Below, piece by piece: positions 1 through 12,680 of a stretch of DNA of 64,000 bases. This DNA comes from Macrostomum lignano (lineage: Eukaryota): assembly GCA_002269645.1 (NCBI GenBank), contig NIVC01001371.1, forward strand, positions 1-64,000. Reading direction: 5' to 3'. How positions within the stretch are numbered: the stretch's first letter is position 1; each line of letters opens with the position of its first letter. The translations under genes were made by a program, and so were the position numbers. The notes under the pieces are model-generated. The model worked only from the letters and a program-made list of their open reading frames with translations, searched no databases and was not told the DNA's origin.

Positions 1-967
1 AAGTAAAACACAACAAAATTGATGCAAAGTTTTGTAATGAACAAAGTAATGATATAATGAATGCAAGTTAAAACAAAATACATTTAAATAATTACTAATT
101 CTATAAACTTTTGATCAAAAGACCTGTTCCCAATTCTTGTGTTTTTTAGGGTCAAGATCCTGGTCCCGCAGAAATATAATTTTTCTTGGGATCCCAGGAT
201 TTTAGGATCTGGGATTGGGATCCTATAAGACTCTATTAATGAGTTGCACAAAGCATATGGGTCAAAGATAGTCAAGGTAAGGAGTAGCAAAGCATAGTAA
301 GAGTGTAGAGTTAGACTATATAATTTTTATATTGCTAAAGGTAGTATTTAGCAATAGCCAATCTAGATAAACATGTAATATAAATATTTTGGTACAATTA
401 AAATATATGCACATTAGAATGAAATATTAGTTTTAATTGTCAAAAACTATGAATTTATCTATTTTGCTAATTATATAATTCATGATATATTAATGAATTT
501 GGCATTCTTTTTGGTTCCCTTCGATAATAATAAAATTAATTTGTTAATGAATTCAGTATAACCTAGTAAGTATTTGTGCAAGCATAAATTCAGTTTCTCA
601 TATTAAATTATACATATATTTCATACAATTACATGATATTAATATTTTGGAGATAAAATTAACTAAGTTAACCAAATTATATATCAGCCAGGCCTAATAC
701 TTGGCTAGGCCTAGCCACTGTATCATAGAATATATGTTTTATATAATTCCTACTAGTGCAAAACATCCAGATCATACAGTTTGGCTAGTTATCAAAGATC
801 ACCTATTAGAATTATTGTTGTTAGTGTAGGTGGATGCCTAGCTATATCTTTGCAGCTAAAACGAGCATGGATTTAAACAAAAAATAATTTAACAAGGGAA
901 ACTGCATTTATAGTCTTATGTACTAGCAAATCTAGTGTGGCCCCCCTTTGGGTGCCCAATTTTAATA

Positions 968-1083
968 GTCCGCTGCAAGGTAGACTCAAACCTGGGACCT
1001 TTCGCCTATCCTAAACCTGGTCCTAGTGCCTACAGTGTGGCTACTCCGCCTATTGATTGGAGGGTGACAAAATCAGCCATATA
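968..1083 (-). mobile_element. tRNA-derived SINE-like element, copy 1
   Basis: Minus strand reads GGCGGAGTAGCCACACTGTAGG...CCCAGGTTTGAGTCTACC, with a Pol III A-box-like motif and a decayed B-box (GGTTCGANTCC). It aligns over about 115 bp with 1573-1686. Confidence 0.6.
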
Positions 1084-1572
1084 TTCTTTGGCACTGCAAT
1101 CAAATACATAGCAATGATAGGCTACTCAGTGCACGGGTTGCATACAGGCAGAGCCAATGCTCAGTTAAGTGAAATCTATAAATTAGATTTAAGTCTAGAG
1201 GAACTAATTCACAGTCTGCAGTTCTTCTTTGTCCAGCACCTCAGTCCCCTTAGAAAACTGCAATTTGCTCAATTGCTCAGCATTTTATGGCTCACTAATC
1301 AATTTTCGACACATATTGGCAGTTTTAAAAAGCTCAGCATTTAGCACTACCTTTAACAAATTTAGCACCATTGTCTGCAGTTTAGTAATTTTGTACTTTT
1401 ATGGAGCTAGACAATAGCCATTGATGAGATCAGTTATACTCAAAGCAGTTTTTACAAATCAAATTGTGGAACTGCTAATTAATTAAAAATGTTTCAATTG
1501 AAATTAATCAAAAAAGTTCCAATCAGTCAAGGCCCAAGCTACAAATGAATGAATGAATTTAATTTTAATTAT

Positions 1573-1686
1573 CTGCCAGGGAGGCAGATTTGAACCTTTG
1601 ACCTTACGCCTATCCTAAACCTAGTCCTAGTGCCTACATTGCGGCTACTCCGCCTATTGATTAGAGGATGACAAAATCAGCCATAT
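1573..1686 (-). mobile_element. tRNA-derived SINE-like element, copy 2
   Basis: Minus strand GGCGGAGTAGCCGCAATGTAGG...AAAGGTTCAAATCTGCC. Same family and orientation as 968-1083. Confidence 0.6.
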
Positions 1687-1693
1687 ATGCTTC

Positions 1694-1861
1694 AATTAGA
1701 TAACAAGGCATTTAGCCCTAATAAGACAGTCATGTTACTCTTGCCATTTACCCAAAATTGCATTACTTTTTACTATATAGTGTTTCTTTCATAGGTAAGT
1801 CACATTTTTTGTCAAAAAGTAAATACAAGCCAATATAAATCAGAGGGTTGCGCATGTATGC
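1694..1861. mobile_element. Dispersed repeat fragment (second copy at 27594-27751, opposite orientation)
   Basis: AATTAGAT..GGCATTTAGCCCT..TAAGACAGT..GTTACTCTTGCC..TTTCTTTCA.AGGTAAGTC.CATTTT..GTCAAAAAGTAA..AAATCAGAGGG.TTGCGCATGTATGC aligns with the reverse complement of 27594-27751. Confidence 0.75.
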
Positions 1862-2101
1862 TATACCACACAAACAACTTTTATAATATTACTATTTGCA
1901 CTTTAATTTTTTTTGCTATTGCATCATAATGAAATCTAAAATTCAAAGGCTAAAGGCTAGTTAGTTGGTTAGTTGCCCAAAAACAATTTTTTAGTATAAA
2001 AGAAGATAAATTCTAATCTCTTTTTACCCTGATATTAGTACCTCAAGCCATAGTTCTGTAGGCTATTATTCTCTAGGTTATATCACAATCAGTTTTGATA
2101 A

Positions 2102-2281
2102 GCTGCTGCTAGCCAGGGGCATAGACCCCCATGACCCCTCCCCCCCAGCCAGCTGATCCAGGCCAAATTTTCAGGCCCCATCCCCCATTGCTGAGGCCTA
2201 GCACCCCCTGCCCTCAGTTGTTGCTGTGAGCCTGTGACTGACTGTGACCTCCCCCAGAAAGAAATCCTGGCTATGTCACTG
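2102..2281. mobile_element. Degenerate MITE-like GC-rich island
   Basis: Short inverted termini TAGCCAGG (2110-2117) and CCTGGCTA (2266-2273, followed by TGTCACTG) bracket a GC-rich, CpG-free island within AT-rich DNA. Confidence 0.35.
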
Positions 2282-3713
2282 CTGTTAGCTTGTCAAAAGG
2301 CACATTGAATTGTGCTAGTTTATATATCATATTACAATTCAGAGCTCACTATTAGTTTCTTGTGTTTGCAAAATATTTTATTGTTTCTTTATATTTTTTA
2401 TTTTATTTTAATCTGAATATTTGTTTAATTCTTACTAATTTCATTCTTACTTCTAAATCAGTAACATTCTCACTTATTATGTATTAAGCAGTTTATTTTT
2501 GCCCTGATCTAGAATATATTTCTTGGAATTATTTGTATAAATATTTCTTTGTTTCTAGGTATTGAAACATATCCAGTCCTTAAGCATTACCAAGATTAGT
2601 GGGTCACAGAGTTTTTAATTCTTTATATGTACTCTTATTTCTAAGGTCTATTTTGTTTTACTTTAGTCTCTTTCTTAGTATTCTACATATTAGTAGTATA
2701 TATGGTATTTCCTTTTATTTCACTCTGAAAAATTCATAGTTCTTAAAACAGTTTCTAAGTCTCAAACTAAAAGTTTTTTAAATTAAAATTTAAAGTTGAA
2801 AATTTGTTGGATTATCAACCAGTTTGTTTCTATTTATATTTTTAGAAGACCTAGTCAATAGTAATTCTGAGAGAGTAATAGTAATTTGTTTACTTTAAAA
2901 AAGGGTACTCAGTTGCATATTTGAGGTAAGATTTTATTAATTTTAAGGTTTTGTTTAGTTAAGTTAGGGGGTAGTTAGCAGCTATATAGCATGAATGGAT
3001 GCTTTTTAAAAAGTACAGCAAATTGAATAAATATAAATGTCAAGGTCAATTAATTAAAAAAACTATTTAATTGTAAAAAGAACAATTTATAATTGTATTC
3101 AGTTGTAATTAAGTTGTAATTAAGTTCTTGCATTTATAGATTTTCATTTTTCAATATTGCAAGTATTTAGCATTTTAGCACAGTTTAAATGAAAAATTTC
3201 TTGATGCATTCTTGCAACCGTATATAATAATACTTTTGATTTACTTTTGTCAAAAGGGTTACTGTTTTAAACATTGTAATACAATTTTAAAATTGAATTT
3301 TTATATACCTTTTTTTCACTTGATGTTAGCAAGTCTTTATAATAATATCATTTTTATATTTATTTCATCTTCTTTTTTGAAGATACTGAATAAATACATT
3401 TTTGCAAAAGGTATGAGATACAAGCATAGTTTATGGTAATAACTTAAATGTTTCAAAGATAATATTTTGCATTTCAATAATCATTTGATGGCAATAGACA
3501 GTTACAAGAACAAATGTTTTCACTGCCCATGTTTATATAGATTTATCATAGACCTTGGTATTTTTTAATTTGCTTAGTGATTTTCTGCTTACTAAATTTC
3601 GATGTCTGTGGCCATCCAATGCTTTTGATATAGACAGTAGTATAGTGCGTTTTTTGTGTAAAAAATGGGTCCAATGGGACACAGCATAGAATCAAATAAT
3701 GAGAGGACAGCAG

Positions 3714-4616
3714 TTACAACTCGAAGTACATGTGCGTTGTTGCATAGTTCTTGTGTATAGTAGGCGCTGATGACGAGCAAGGCATTGGTGATTGGGCAGA
3801 ATCCGTTGCGATATTACTGTGATTGCCATATCCATATTGCTGCGGTTGCTGTTGTTGGACCAGATGTAACTGTTGCAGCTGCTGGTGGGGATGATGTAGC
3901 TGTTGCTGCTGACGCATCTGCGGCTGATGCGGAGAGTATTGCTGGTGCTGCTGCAGCTGCTGTTGGTAGGCTCGAATCTGTCGTACTGAACAGGTGGGCG
4001 AGGGACAAGCGGCATTCTGATTCTCGGTCACTAGGGAGACTCCCGCGTGCACAGGAGTGGAGGCGGTCACCAGATGTGTTTCGGTCGGATGGCAGCACAG
4101 GCAGTCCTTGTACGCGAAGCAGAGTAGTATGGCCGACACGAGCGATTGCAGCAGCAGCAGGCCAATCTGGCCAGTCTCTTTTATCACAATGTAATGCCCA
4201 CAGCCTCGGCAGTGTAGCTCAAAATTTGGACTCGGCGTGTACTGCTGCTGTAGAATGAGACTCAACTCCAGTATGTGCGCGATGCAGAGCAGCACGCCAA
4301 TAAATGCAATCGCCAATGAAGCGACACAAAAAACTAGGCAGGTATTAATGGAGCATACGGTGCGCGTCTTGGGTACTGCCATGGTTACAGCGCCGAGTAG
4401 AACAAACGGCGCCCCAGTCCAGATACCGATGCCCATGGAGGTGAGGCCGCGCTTTATAATAAATACGGACACCTCGGCCAGCATGCAGAGAACGCCGATG
4501 CCGAAGCTGGCCCGGCCGCAGTACATGTAAATTGCCGGCCGGGCTATTCGCTGCTGATCGTACACGGACTTTTCCTGCGGAGCGTCGCCGTTGCAGAGTT
4601 TTCTTTCTTTAGTCAT
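3714..4616 (-). CDS. CD20/MS4A-like tetraspan membrane protein with Gln/His-rich C-terminal tail, single coding exon, 300 aa
   Basis: Uninterrupted ORF with four hydrophobic segments. The GIGIWTGAPFVLLG motif in the second helix is typical of the CD20-like family, followed by a Cys-rich juxtamembrane segment (KDCLCC) and a poly-Q/H tail. Confidence 0.75.
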   Translation of the reverse strand: MTKERKLCNGDAPQEKSVYDQQRIARPAIYMYCGRASFGIGVLCMLAEVSVFIIKRGLTSMGIGIWTGAPFVLLGAVTMAVPKTRTVCSINTCLVFCVASLAIAFIGVLLCIAHILELSLILQQQYTPSPNFELHCRGCGHYIVIKETGQIGLLLLQSLVSAILLCFAYKDCLCCHPTETHLVTASTPVHAGVSLVTENQNAACPSPTCSVRQIRAYQQQLQQHQQYSPHQPQMRQQQQLHHPHQQLQQLHLVQQQQPQQYGYGNHSNIATDSAQSPMPCSSSAPTIHKNYATTHMYFEL

Positions 4617-7463
4617 GATAGCAATGGTTAGAAGTCCGGCTTCCCTGCTCGAGTTACGGCGCGTTAATTCGGCTTTCAGCTTGGGCAGCAGCTAATTCAT
4701 ATGCCGTTTTTTGCGGTGTTTCTTCTCACACCCCCAGACTGGTGGGCGGAAAAGACAGTTGGCTAAAGCAAGAGAAAGACAGGCAGCTTAGATGGCTGAC
4801 TTCGTGACACATTGCGCTCTTTTTAATACCTTCCGGGTAGGTAGCCGGCTGGGAAGGAGCGATGGGGAGGGAGGTAGACGTGTAGTCTGTCGTCGACTTG
4901 CCGCCTTGTCTGTCTCCTTCCTGCCCCACATTCTCCACTTCCCCTTCTCTTCGGCGCCATGCCCTTCTGACCACTGCGTTGCTTGTGCCGCGAACCTATC
5001 CACCCCGGGTACCCGACCACCCCTCCATATCCATGCCTTCATGTTTTCTCTCCGCTTCCCGCTCTGTCCGTTGCCTTAACACTCTTTTCTTAAAGTCTAC
5101 CCTTTCCTCCGTGGACCAATCCTTCTGCGATTCTACTCTTCTGTTTCTTAGCTTTACAATCTACACAACTTCTGTAGCAGCTACTGCTGACTAAGAATCG
5201 CGAATCCGCGGGTGTCGCGAGTGCTTGTGTGCGTTTAAAAAAATTAAAGATATTCTTAAGTTTGTATTGCTGGAGATGCCCTATTTCCGTCTTTCTAAAA
5301 AGTTACGATACAGTGTCAACGAGTTCAGCTCGTGTTATCGCTTGCTGCATAAAAAAGTTGCCTCTTAGGAATTATAAAAATTAAGTATTGACTATCGATC
5401 GATGAAAAGCATAGATGACCAGATGAGAACACGGTTTCTATGTAGAAAGAGTTTCTTCGATCCGATGATTAACCAGTTGAATGCATCCGACGTTTGGTCC
5501 CTTCTTATGCTTGACTTGGAAGTTGAAGCTACGCAATAAAAATTCGCTGGCTTTTATTGTGTATTGCTAAGTAAAATACTGTTTGAACTACGTGCAAACA
5601 GAAAAGGTATTGGGAGCATGCTTATCTTTTGCCTTTTTGGCTTTATTTATTACCGTTGAGGCTGCCAGTGGCTCAAAGAAAGCAATCATATTTTATGTGC
5701 GGCGATTCAGAAAGACTAAAAAGAAGCGTGCCATTATTTTTCTGCCATAAAAACAGATGATGGCTTTCTTTTATGGCCGGAGTTTAGGATTATGCTGCTT
5801 AGCACTCGGCATCATCTTTGACTGGCAGGACTATAGGCCTGAATCGAATATTTCGCATTCCAGCGCGGTTCTTTGGCCGAATACAAATTTGGTTCTATTC
5901 AAATGCAGTATTATATTATAGTGGACACAACTTTATATTTGTTGCCTGTCTGTCATCTGTATTTTTTACTTCGAGAAGTAAAAAGTTTGTATTGCTAAAC
6001 CTGATGTTGAAGTATGGGCAAGGCAGTGCTGTCTGTAAGGATGGTTATGGCAATCAAATGAAAAGAGAGACAGGCGACAGCGGCCAGACAGGGCATCGAT
6101 GCAAAAGCGATAAGGAAAACTGGTCGGATGATTTAGCTAGTTGATCGTGCACTGCAGCTAAGTAGGCTTCTTATTGCATTTCTCCTTGTATGGATAGAAG
6201 CACGCTATCGCTGAGTCATGCAACTGGTCGATGGACCAACTTCGCAGAGGGAAGGAGTTGGTAGTCAGAGATACTATAGGGTATAGGAAGAGGGTAAAAA
6301 TCGCCGGCGAAGCAGAGGCTGTTTGTGCTGGATTTTCAGTAATTCCACTGCAAAGTTCCGGTGACTTAGCTCTCCAGAGAAGGCCGTATGGAAAGAAAAA
6401 ATAATAGGGAATGCCAAGGGAATTATTGAAGAGAAGAGAAATAGGCCTGAGCAGCACGTCTTGCATTAGCTTCCTAACCGCAAGCTGTTTTGAAGGGACC
6501 CTAAGCCAAAAACGTAGAGGAAATTAAGCTGATAAGCTTTCTATTGGAAGCAAGGGCTTTGCCTGTTTTGGACGGTAGGGATTAGAAGTCTCGACTGTAT
6601 TTGGTTTGCAAATTATTATTGTTGCTGGGTATTAATCATACGAGACAAGAGAATGGTCAAATTCCTATTTGGGCTTTGGCTTTCCAGTTGTGGTTTCGCC
6701 TTAAATTTCGTTGAACCGTCATTTGCTGCGCATGATTTTGTAACTCTAGAACGCGTCATTTATTTAAGTTACGTATGCACTTTTGCCTGCCCTGGAATTT
6801 TTTAAACGTGCATGGCACTTAAATATTCAATATTCATTCGCATATGCCTCCAGCCTGTCCTAGAGACTTTCGAGTGCCTTATAAAGGCTAGAGATAGTCA
6901 CTTTACCATTGGCTGCTAATCCCATTCACCTTCTATAGTGCACCCTCCTAAAACTTTGACTAAAAAGTGTCAGACAGATTTCTAATTGCATCTAGAGGGC
7001 ATTGGCAGTAGGAGTTGTCTCAGTCAAGTGACTCAGTCAGAGAAATGGAAGGGTCCGAAAAAAATTCAGCTATACACTTTCCTCACTCTGCATTGAGCAA
7101 GTGTGGTCTTTAATCAATAATTGCGGCGAGATTGGACGAGACCTTGAGAAAAGGGTTATTTGAACTGCTGTCCTGTTCATAGTTCGGGCTCGATCAAATC
7201 TGCATCTGTCGGCGCATGTCTCTACTACGAAGTTTTTCATTTTTTTCTTTTTTGCCTCGATTTTTCGTCCGTCAGGCGACGCGGCAGAATTAATAAATAT
7301 TTTCTACCAGGGATGAAGCCAACGTAATGATTGGGACTGTGTTCGAGCTATTGCTGCGTATAAGCCGCGGCATACGAGAAGCCAAGACAGATTGCCCTCA
7401 GTTGCCTTAGGGCCGGCTTTGCCAGCTTCTTGCGGCGTTTTGTACTTGGGCGGGCAGTCCGAA

Positions 7464-7694
7464 ATGTTGCCAGTCGATGACAGACTGGTGCGACTTCTGC
7501 TACTACTGACTGTTCTTGCAGGCAGGCCAATGCAATCTAGTGACCTCGGGGCTCCTTCCTATAGCCCGCCCATTGATTTCGATCGCGAAAAATCTCGCCC
7601 CAAATGGCATCCTCGGCAAAACTGCTTGGAAAGAAAACTGTTCGAACATTCGATTGCCAACCAAAATGGGCAGGCTCGATGGAATGAGGAATAA
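7464..7694 (+). CDS. Possible small secreted protein, 76 aa
   Basis: ATG at 7464 in GAAATG context, hydrophobic core LVRLLLLLTVLA, and a long polypyrimidine tract plus AG at about 7236-7275. No family recognised. Confidence 0.25.
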   Translation: MLPVDDRLVRLLLLLTVLAGRPMQSSDLGAPSYSPPIDFDREKSRPKWHPRQNCLERKLFEHSIANQNGQARWNEE

Positions 7695-9513
7695 TAAAGA
7701 AAAATCAACAACTAACGAGTATTCAATGAACAGCGACAGGCAAAAGTGCAAGGAGGACTTTGTGAAATTTCCCTACGGAAATAAGTAGCGGATAAATTCC
7801 GGCATCGGCATCCCACTATATTTTTTGCTTAAAAAGTTAAAAATTCGACTACCCTAAATAGCCGCGAGGCGAACCAAGAAATTGCAGTATTTGAATTTGT
7901 CAATGAAGCACTGGGGCTTTGAGATTGTCAAAAAATATTGAGTCAATCCGCCCTCCAGGAAGCCCATCTTTGTATTGGGAAAATTGATTTTTTTATCTTG
8001 TACGAGTACCCTGAGTACTGTTCGATTTTTGCCGCGAATCAGGCGATAATTATGTATTAAAACCCTCGTAGATTTTTGAGCGGCATGAGTTGGAGACGCG
8101 AAGTGTACAAGTATTAAACTTTGCCTTCTCTGTTCTGTCTTGGTCCCGGTACTCTGAGCTGTCTGCACTCTCTAATGCTGATCGACAAGGCGACAGAAAT
8201 ACTATAGAATAATATGCTTAGAGATTATGGCAGGAATGCAACTGCAAAATAAGCCTGTCATATCCAATCCATTTTCCTCTGCCTCAGCGTAGCTCTAAGT
8301 TGTTCAGCGTTCACTTGCTTCTCTGCCAAGGGACGGATGCATTATTTACGAATCGAGCAGCTCTCGCCTTCTTCCTTACCACTATAGGTCCACTTGGTAT
8401 CCCTCGCTCCTTGCCTAATGCAGTTGATAGCTTCAGCCAGCAGCTTAACCTAATTGCACTGGAAACGAGCACCATCTCCCAGTTTGAATGAACTCGGCCC
8501 GCCCACTCTTTGGCTGGAGCCGCTGCTCTTGAAGTATTATAGAATAATTTTCAAAACTTCTCTCCTTCCTAGCTCATCCTTCATCTCCTTACAAGAATGG
8601 TTCGATCTATCCAGTCTATTGGTACTTTTGTGCGTTCGCACTGCCCATTAGAAGTATCTGTCTGCATCGCAGAGAGTACGCATCATTGCACCGTTTTCAG
8701 CGTATATTGCTGAGTAAACCTCTTGTTCCGTCCACTCTATGCGAGACTAGTAAAAGTAAGCCATATGCTGTTGCAGCATGCTTTGTTTATTAGAACTACG
8801 TGCTGTTCCAACTTTTCGTAGTAGATCTGGATGAATTCTGACCAAACTCATGACGGATGGTCCTGATTTTTTATTTCATAGTGTTGTACCATAAAGTAAT
8901 GGAAGTTTTTTGGGTACGTATGCTTAGCCACAATAATAGCATATATTAGTGTTTTTATTCAGCTGTAATTTAAAAAAAATTCTAACAGCCACTCGGTAGG
9001 ATTGCTTAAGGAACTGTTTATGCAATAGATTGACGTCCACTTATAGCACACTTTAATTTTTATTGACTTTGCTAAGTAGGGCTAAGGGAATGATTTTATG
9101 TGCAAAATATTTCTTCCGATCCGAGTTCAAGGACTTCTTGAAGTATAACCCGAGTTGATTTACCACTTTTATAACGCTGGACAGTGACTTTTCGAAGTCC
9201 AAAATGTTTTTAAATGTTTGTACGCTTTGTCCAGTTTTTAGTTAATCTTAGACTTTAATACACTTTGAGATAAAACTTTAAAATGAAACGTTTTTAGATG
9301 GTTGCTGCAGTCGTAAGCTTTTGCCGATGATGCCAATCGTTATTTTAAAGGTGTCTTGTGAATTTGCACAAAGTGCATAGTGTACTTTTGCAACTTTACA
9401 AGTTTTTTAATCAATCATGAATTTTATTTCTGTATAATAGAGAAAGTTCAACATAAATAATTTCTAATACCAATACTAATAAGACAACTTTATTTATTCC
9501 TATTAAACTTTAG

Positions 9514-10278
9514 GGAGAAGAAATGGGTGCACATCAAGGACACAAGTTTAACCGTGTACAAATGGATTCCATGTAAGTGAGATACGCAAGCAATGTTTAT
9601 TACAGTAACATTCACTATAGTCGATTATTTAAATGATTCGATTTTCAAGGTCACCTGAATTTTCAAATCTGCACCCGCCGATCACCCCGAGGTGACACTA
9701 ACAGTACATAGCAATCTTCTCTTATCCCCGAACTTCCAGCCGCCGAACAGAATTTCACCCGGCACAAGCCCAAGCCCTACCAGGTGTCCGACAAGGCCCG
9801 CTTTGCCCTGTCCGGCCCCGAGGCTGCCTCCTCGGCCACGCCGGACGAGGCGGCGGCCGCCGCCGCCGTAGCTGCAGCAGCAGCGGACGCAGACGCCGCC
9901 GCGGCCGCTGTCGCCGTTGACAGCGCGGCAGCCGTGGACACTAGCAGCATCATTGCTCCGATGTCGTCCGCTTCAGCGGTAGCGGCGGCGGCTTCTTCAG
10001 CGCCAACCGGCCTAGATGTCGATCTGGACTCGGCTAACGGCGACTCCAACATCGGCTTGGGCGGCAGCTTGGGCGTCGGCGATTCCAACAATTCGCCGCC
10101 GACCAACCTGCTGATGGACGACGACAGCAAGTCGGGCGGCACCGAGTTCACCGCCGGCAGCTGCCAGGGCCCCGGCGGACCCAGCGAGGACAACACTAAT
10201 AGCGACCTGATGTCCGCCTGCCAGGACGCCAGCCAGGACGGGCCGCCGGCCGCTAAACGCACCAAACAAGATTTCTAA
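9514..10278 (+). CDS. BCL7: BCL7-family SWI/SNF (BAF) subunit, 5'-incomplete model
   Basis: Exon 9514-9572 (tttag|G...CCAT|gtaagt) encodes EKKWVHIKDTSLTVYKWIP, matching the BCL7 N-terminal motif [20 protein letters not shown]. It joins in frame (T|CC) to terminal exon 9740-10278, which is Ala/acidic low complexity and ends PPAAKRTKQDF* (NLS-like). The first coding exon was not found. Confidence 0.8.
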
Positions 10279-10347
10279 CCGCTTGGCATTGATTCTTGGC
10301 GCTCTTTAAAATTTTCGCGTTTGGAAATTACAGATATTAACCAAAAA

Positions 10348-11620
<1,273 letters not shown>

Positions 11621-12249
11621 GGATGATCTAAGATAATGTCAATCTGGGTATCCAAAATAGACTTTTCAGAGGCGAAAACTTTCGTTACTTTGACGTTGCT
11701 TGGCGCATTCTGAAAAATTTCCGGTTTCCAAAGTGAAAACTAGACAAGCGTAAGCGATTTTTTGTTAATATTGGCCGCCGCATTTGCACTTTTCTTGTTA
11801 GAAACAATAACAGCTTTGTCTGGATTATAATGCTAATTTAGGCTTGGGAAAAATTAAATAATATTACGAGTAATAATAAAGCTTTTATTATTGTTAATTT
11901 GCACCAAATATCCAATGTGCGTGTTTGTGTGTCCACTTTTTCGTGTTCGTCGCTGCTCTTATACTCTTTTATAAGTATATCTGATCTTCTCATAGCTGTT
12001 TTTAATTGCTTGCTGTTAATTTGCTTTATTCGTTGTTCATACTCGATATTTTATAATTTATGGCCCGTCCCTGGATTTTTTAACTGTTTCAAGTTTCGCG
12101 TCAAGTGTTACCAAAATGTTTTAGACTTGACTTCTGGAGTCTGCAGGTAGCGTAATTATTGCCTCGTTATCTTTTTTGATTATCTTGTTTACAATCGGAA
12201 TTTTCATGTTTTGGGGCATGATTGGCAATTATTGTATTACTAATAGCAA

Positions 12250-12680
12250 TTGGGAAACACCAAGACATTTCCGCAGCACGTCGAGTGTGCGAGAATCTTT
12301 CTAAAAACAGCAACTGGGAACCACCCATAGATTTCCGCAGCATGGCGGGTGTGCGAGAATCTTTCTAAAAACAGCAACTGGGAACCACCCATAGATTTCC
12401 GCAGCATGGCGGGTGTGCGAGAATCTTTCTAAAAATAGCAACTGGGAACCACCCATAGATTTCCGCAGCATGGCGGGTGTGCCAGAATATTTCTAAAAAT
12501 AGAAACTGGGAACCACCTATAGATTTCCGCAGCATGGCGGGTGTGCCAGAATCTTTCTAAAAATAGAAACTGGGAAACACCCATAGATTTCCGCAGCAAG
12601 GCGGATGTTTCTTTATCTTTCTAAAATCTTTCTAAAAAACTATAGACTCATAGATTTCCGCAGCACGTCAAGTGCCGAGA
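12250..12680. repeat. 64-bp tandem repeat, about 6-7 copies
   Basis: Unit AACAGCAACTGGGAACCACCCATAGATTTCCGCAGCATGGCGGGTGTGCGAGAATCTTTCTAAA; the period was read from 12306 to 12370. Confidence 0.93.

Noticed and set aside
6158-6466. LRPISLLFNNSL resembles LINE reverse-transcriptase motifs
   Set aside because: The flanking residues show no further RT motifs (no WK..A.V.PI.K, no YADD), so a chance match cannot be excluded.
9070-9460. SRAK (about 9075) and IEKVQH (about 9438) fragments as the missing BCL7 first exon
   Set aside because: No usable GT donor in the required TG|GT phase, and in-frame stops follow.
9777-10269. Minus-strand ORFs opposite BCL7, and similar ORFs opposite CLASP, FAM184, MS4A and NUDT9-H exons
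   Set aside because: These are antisense shadows of GC-rich coding exons with no family motifs.
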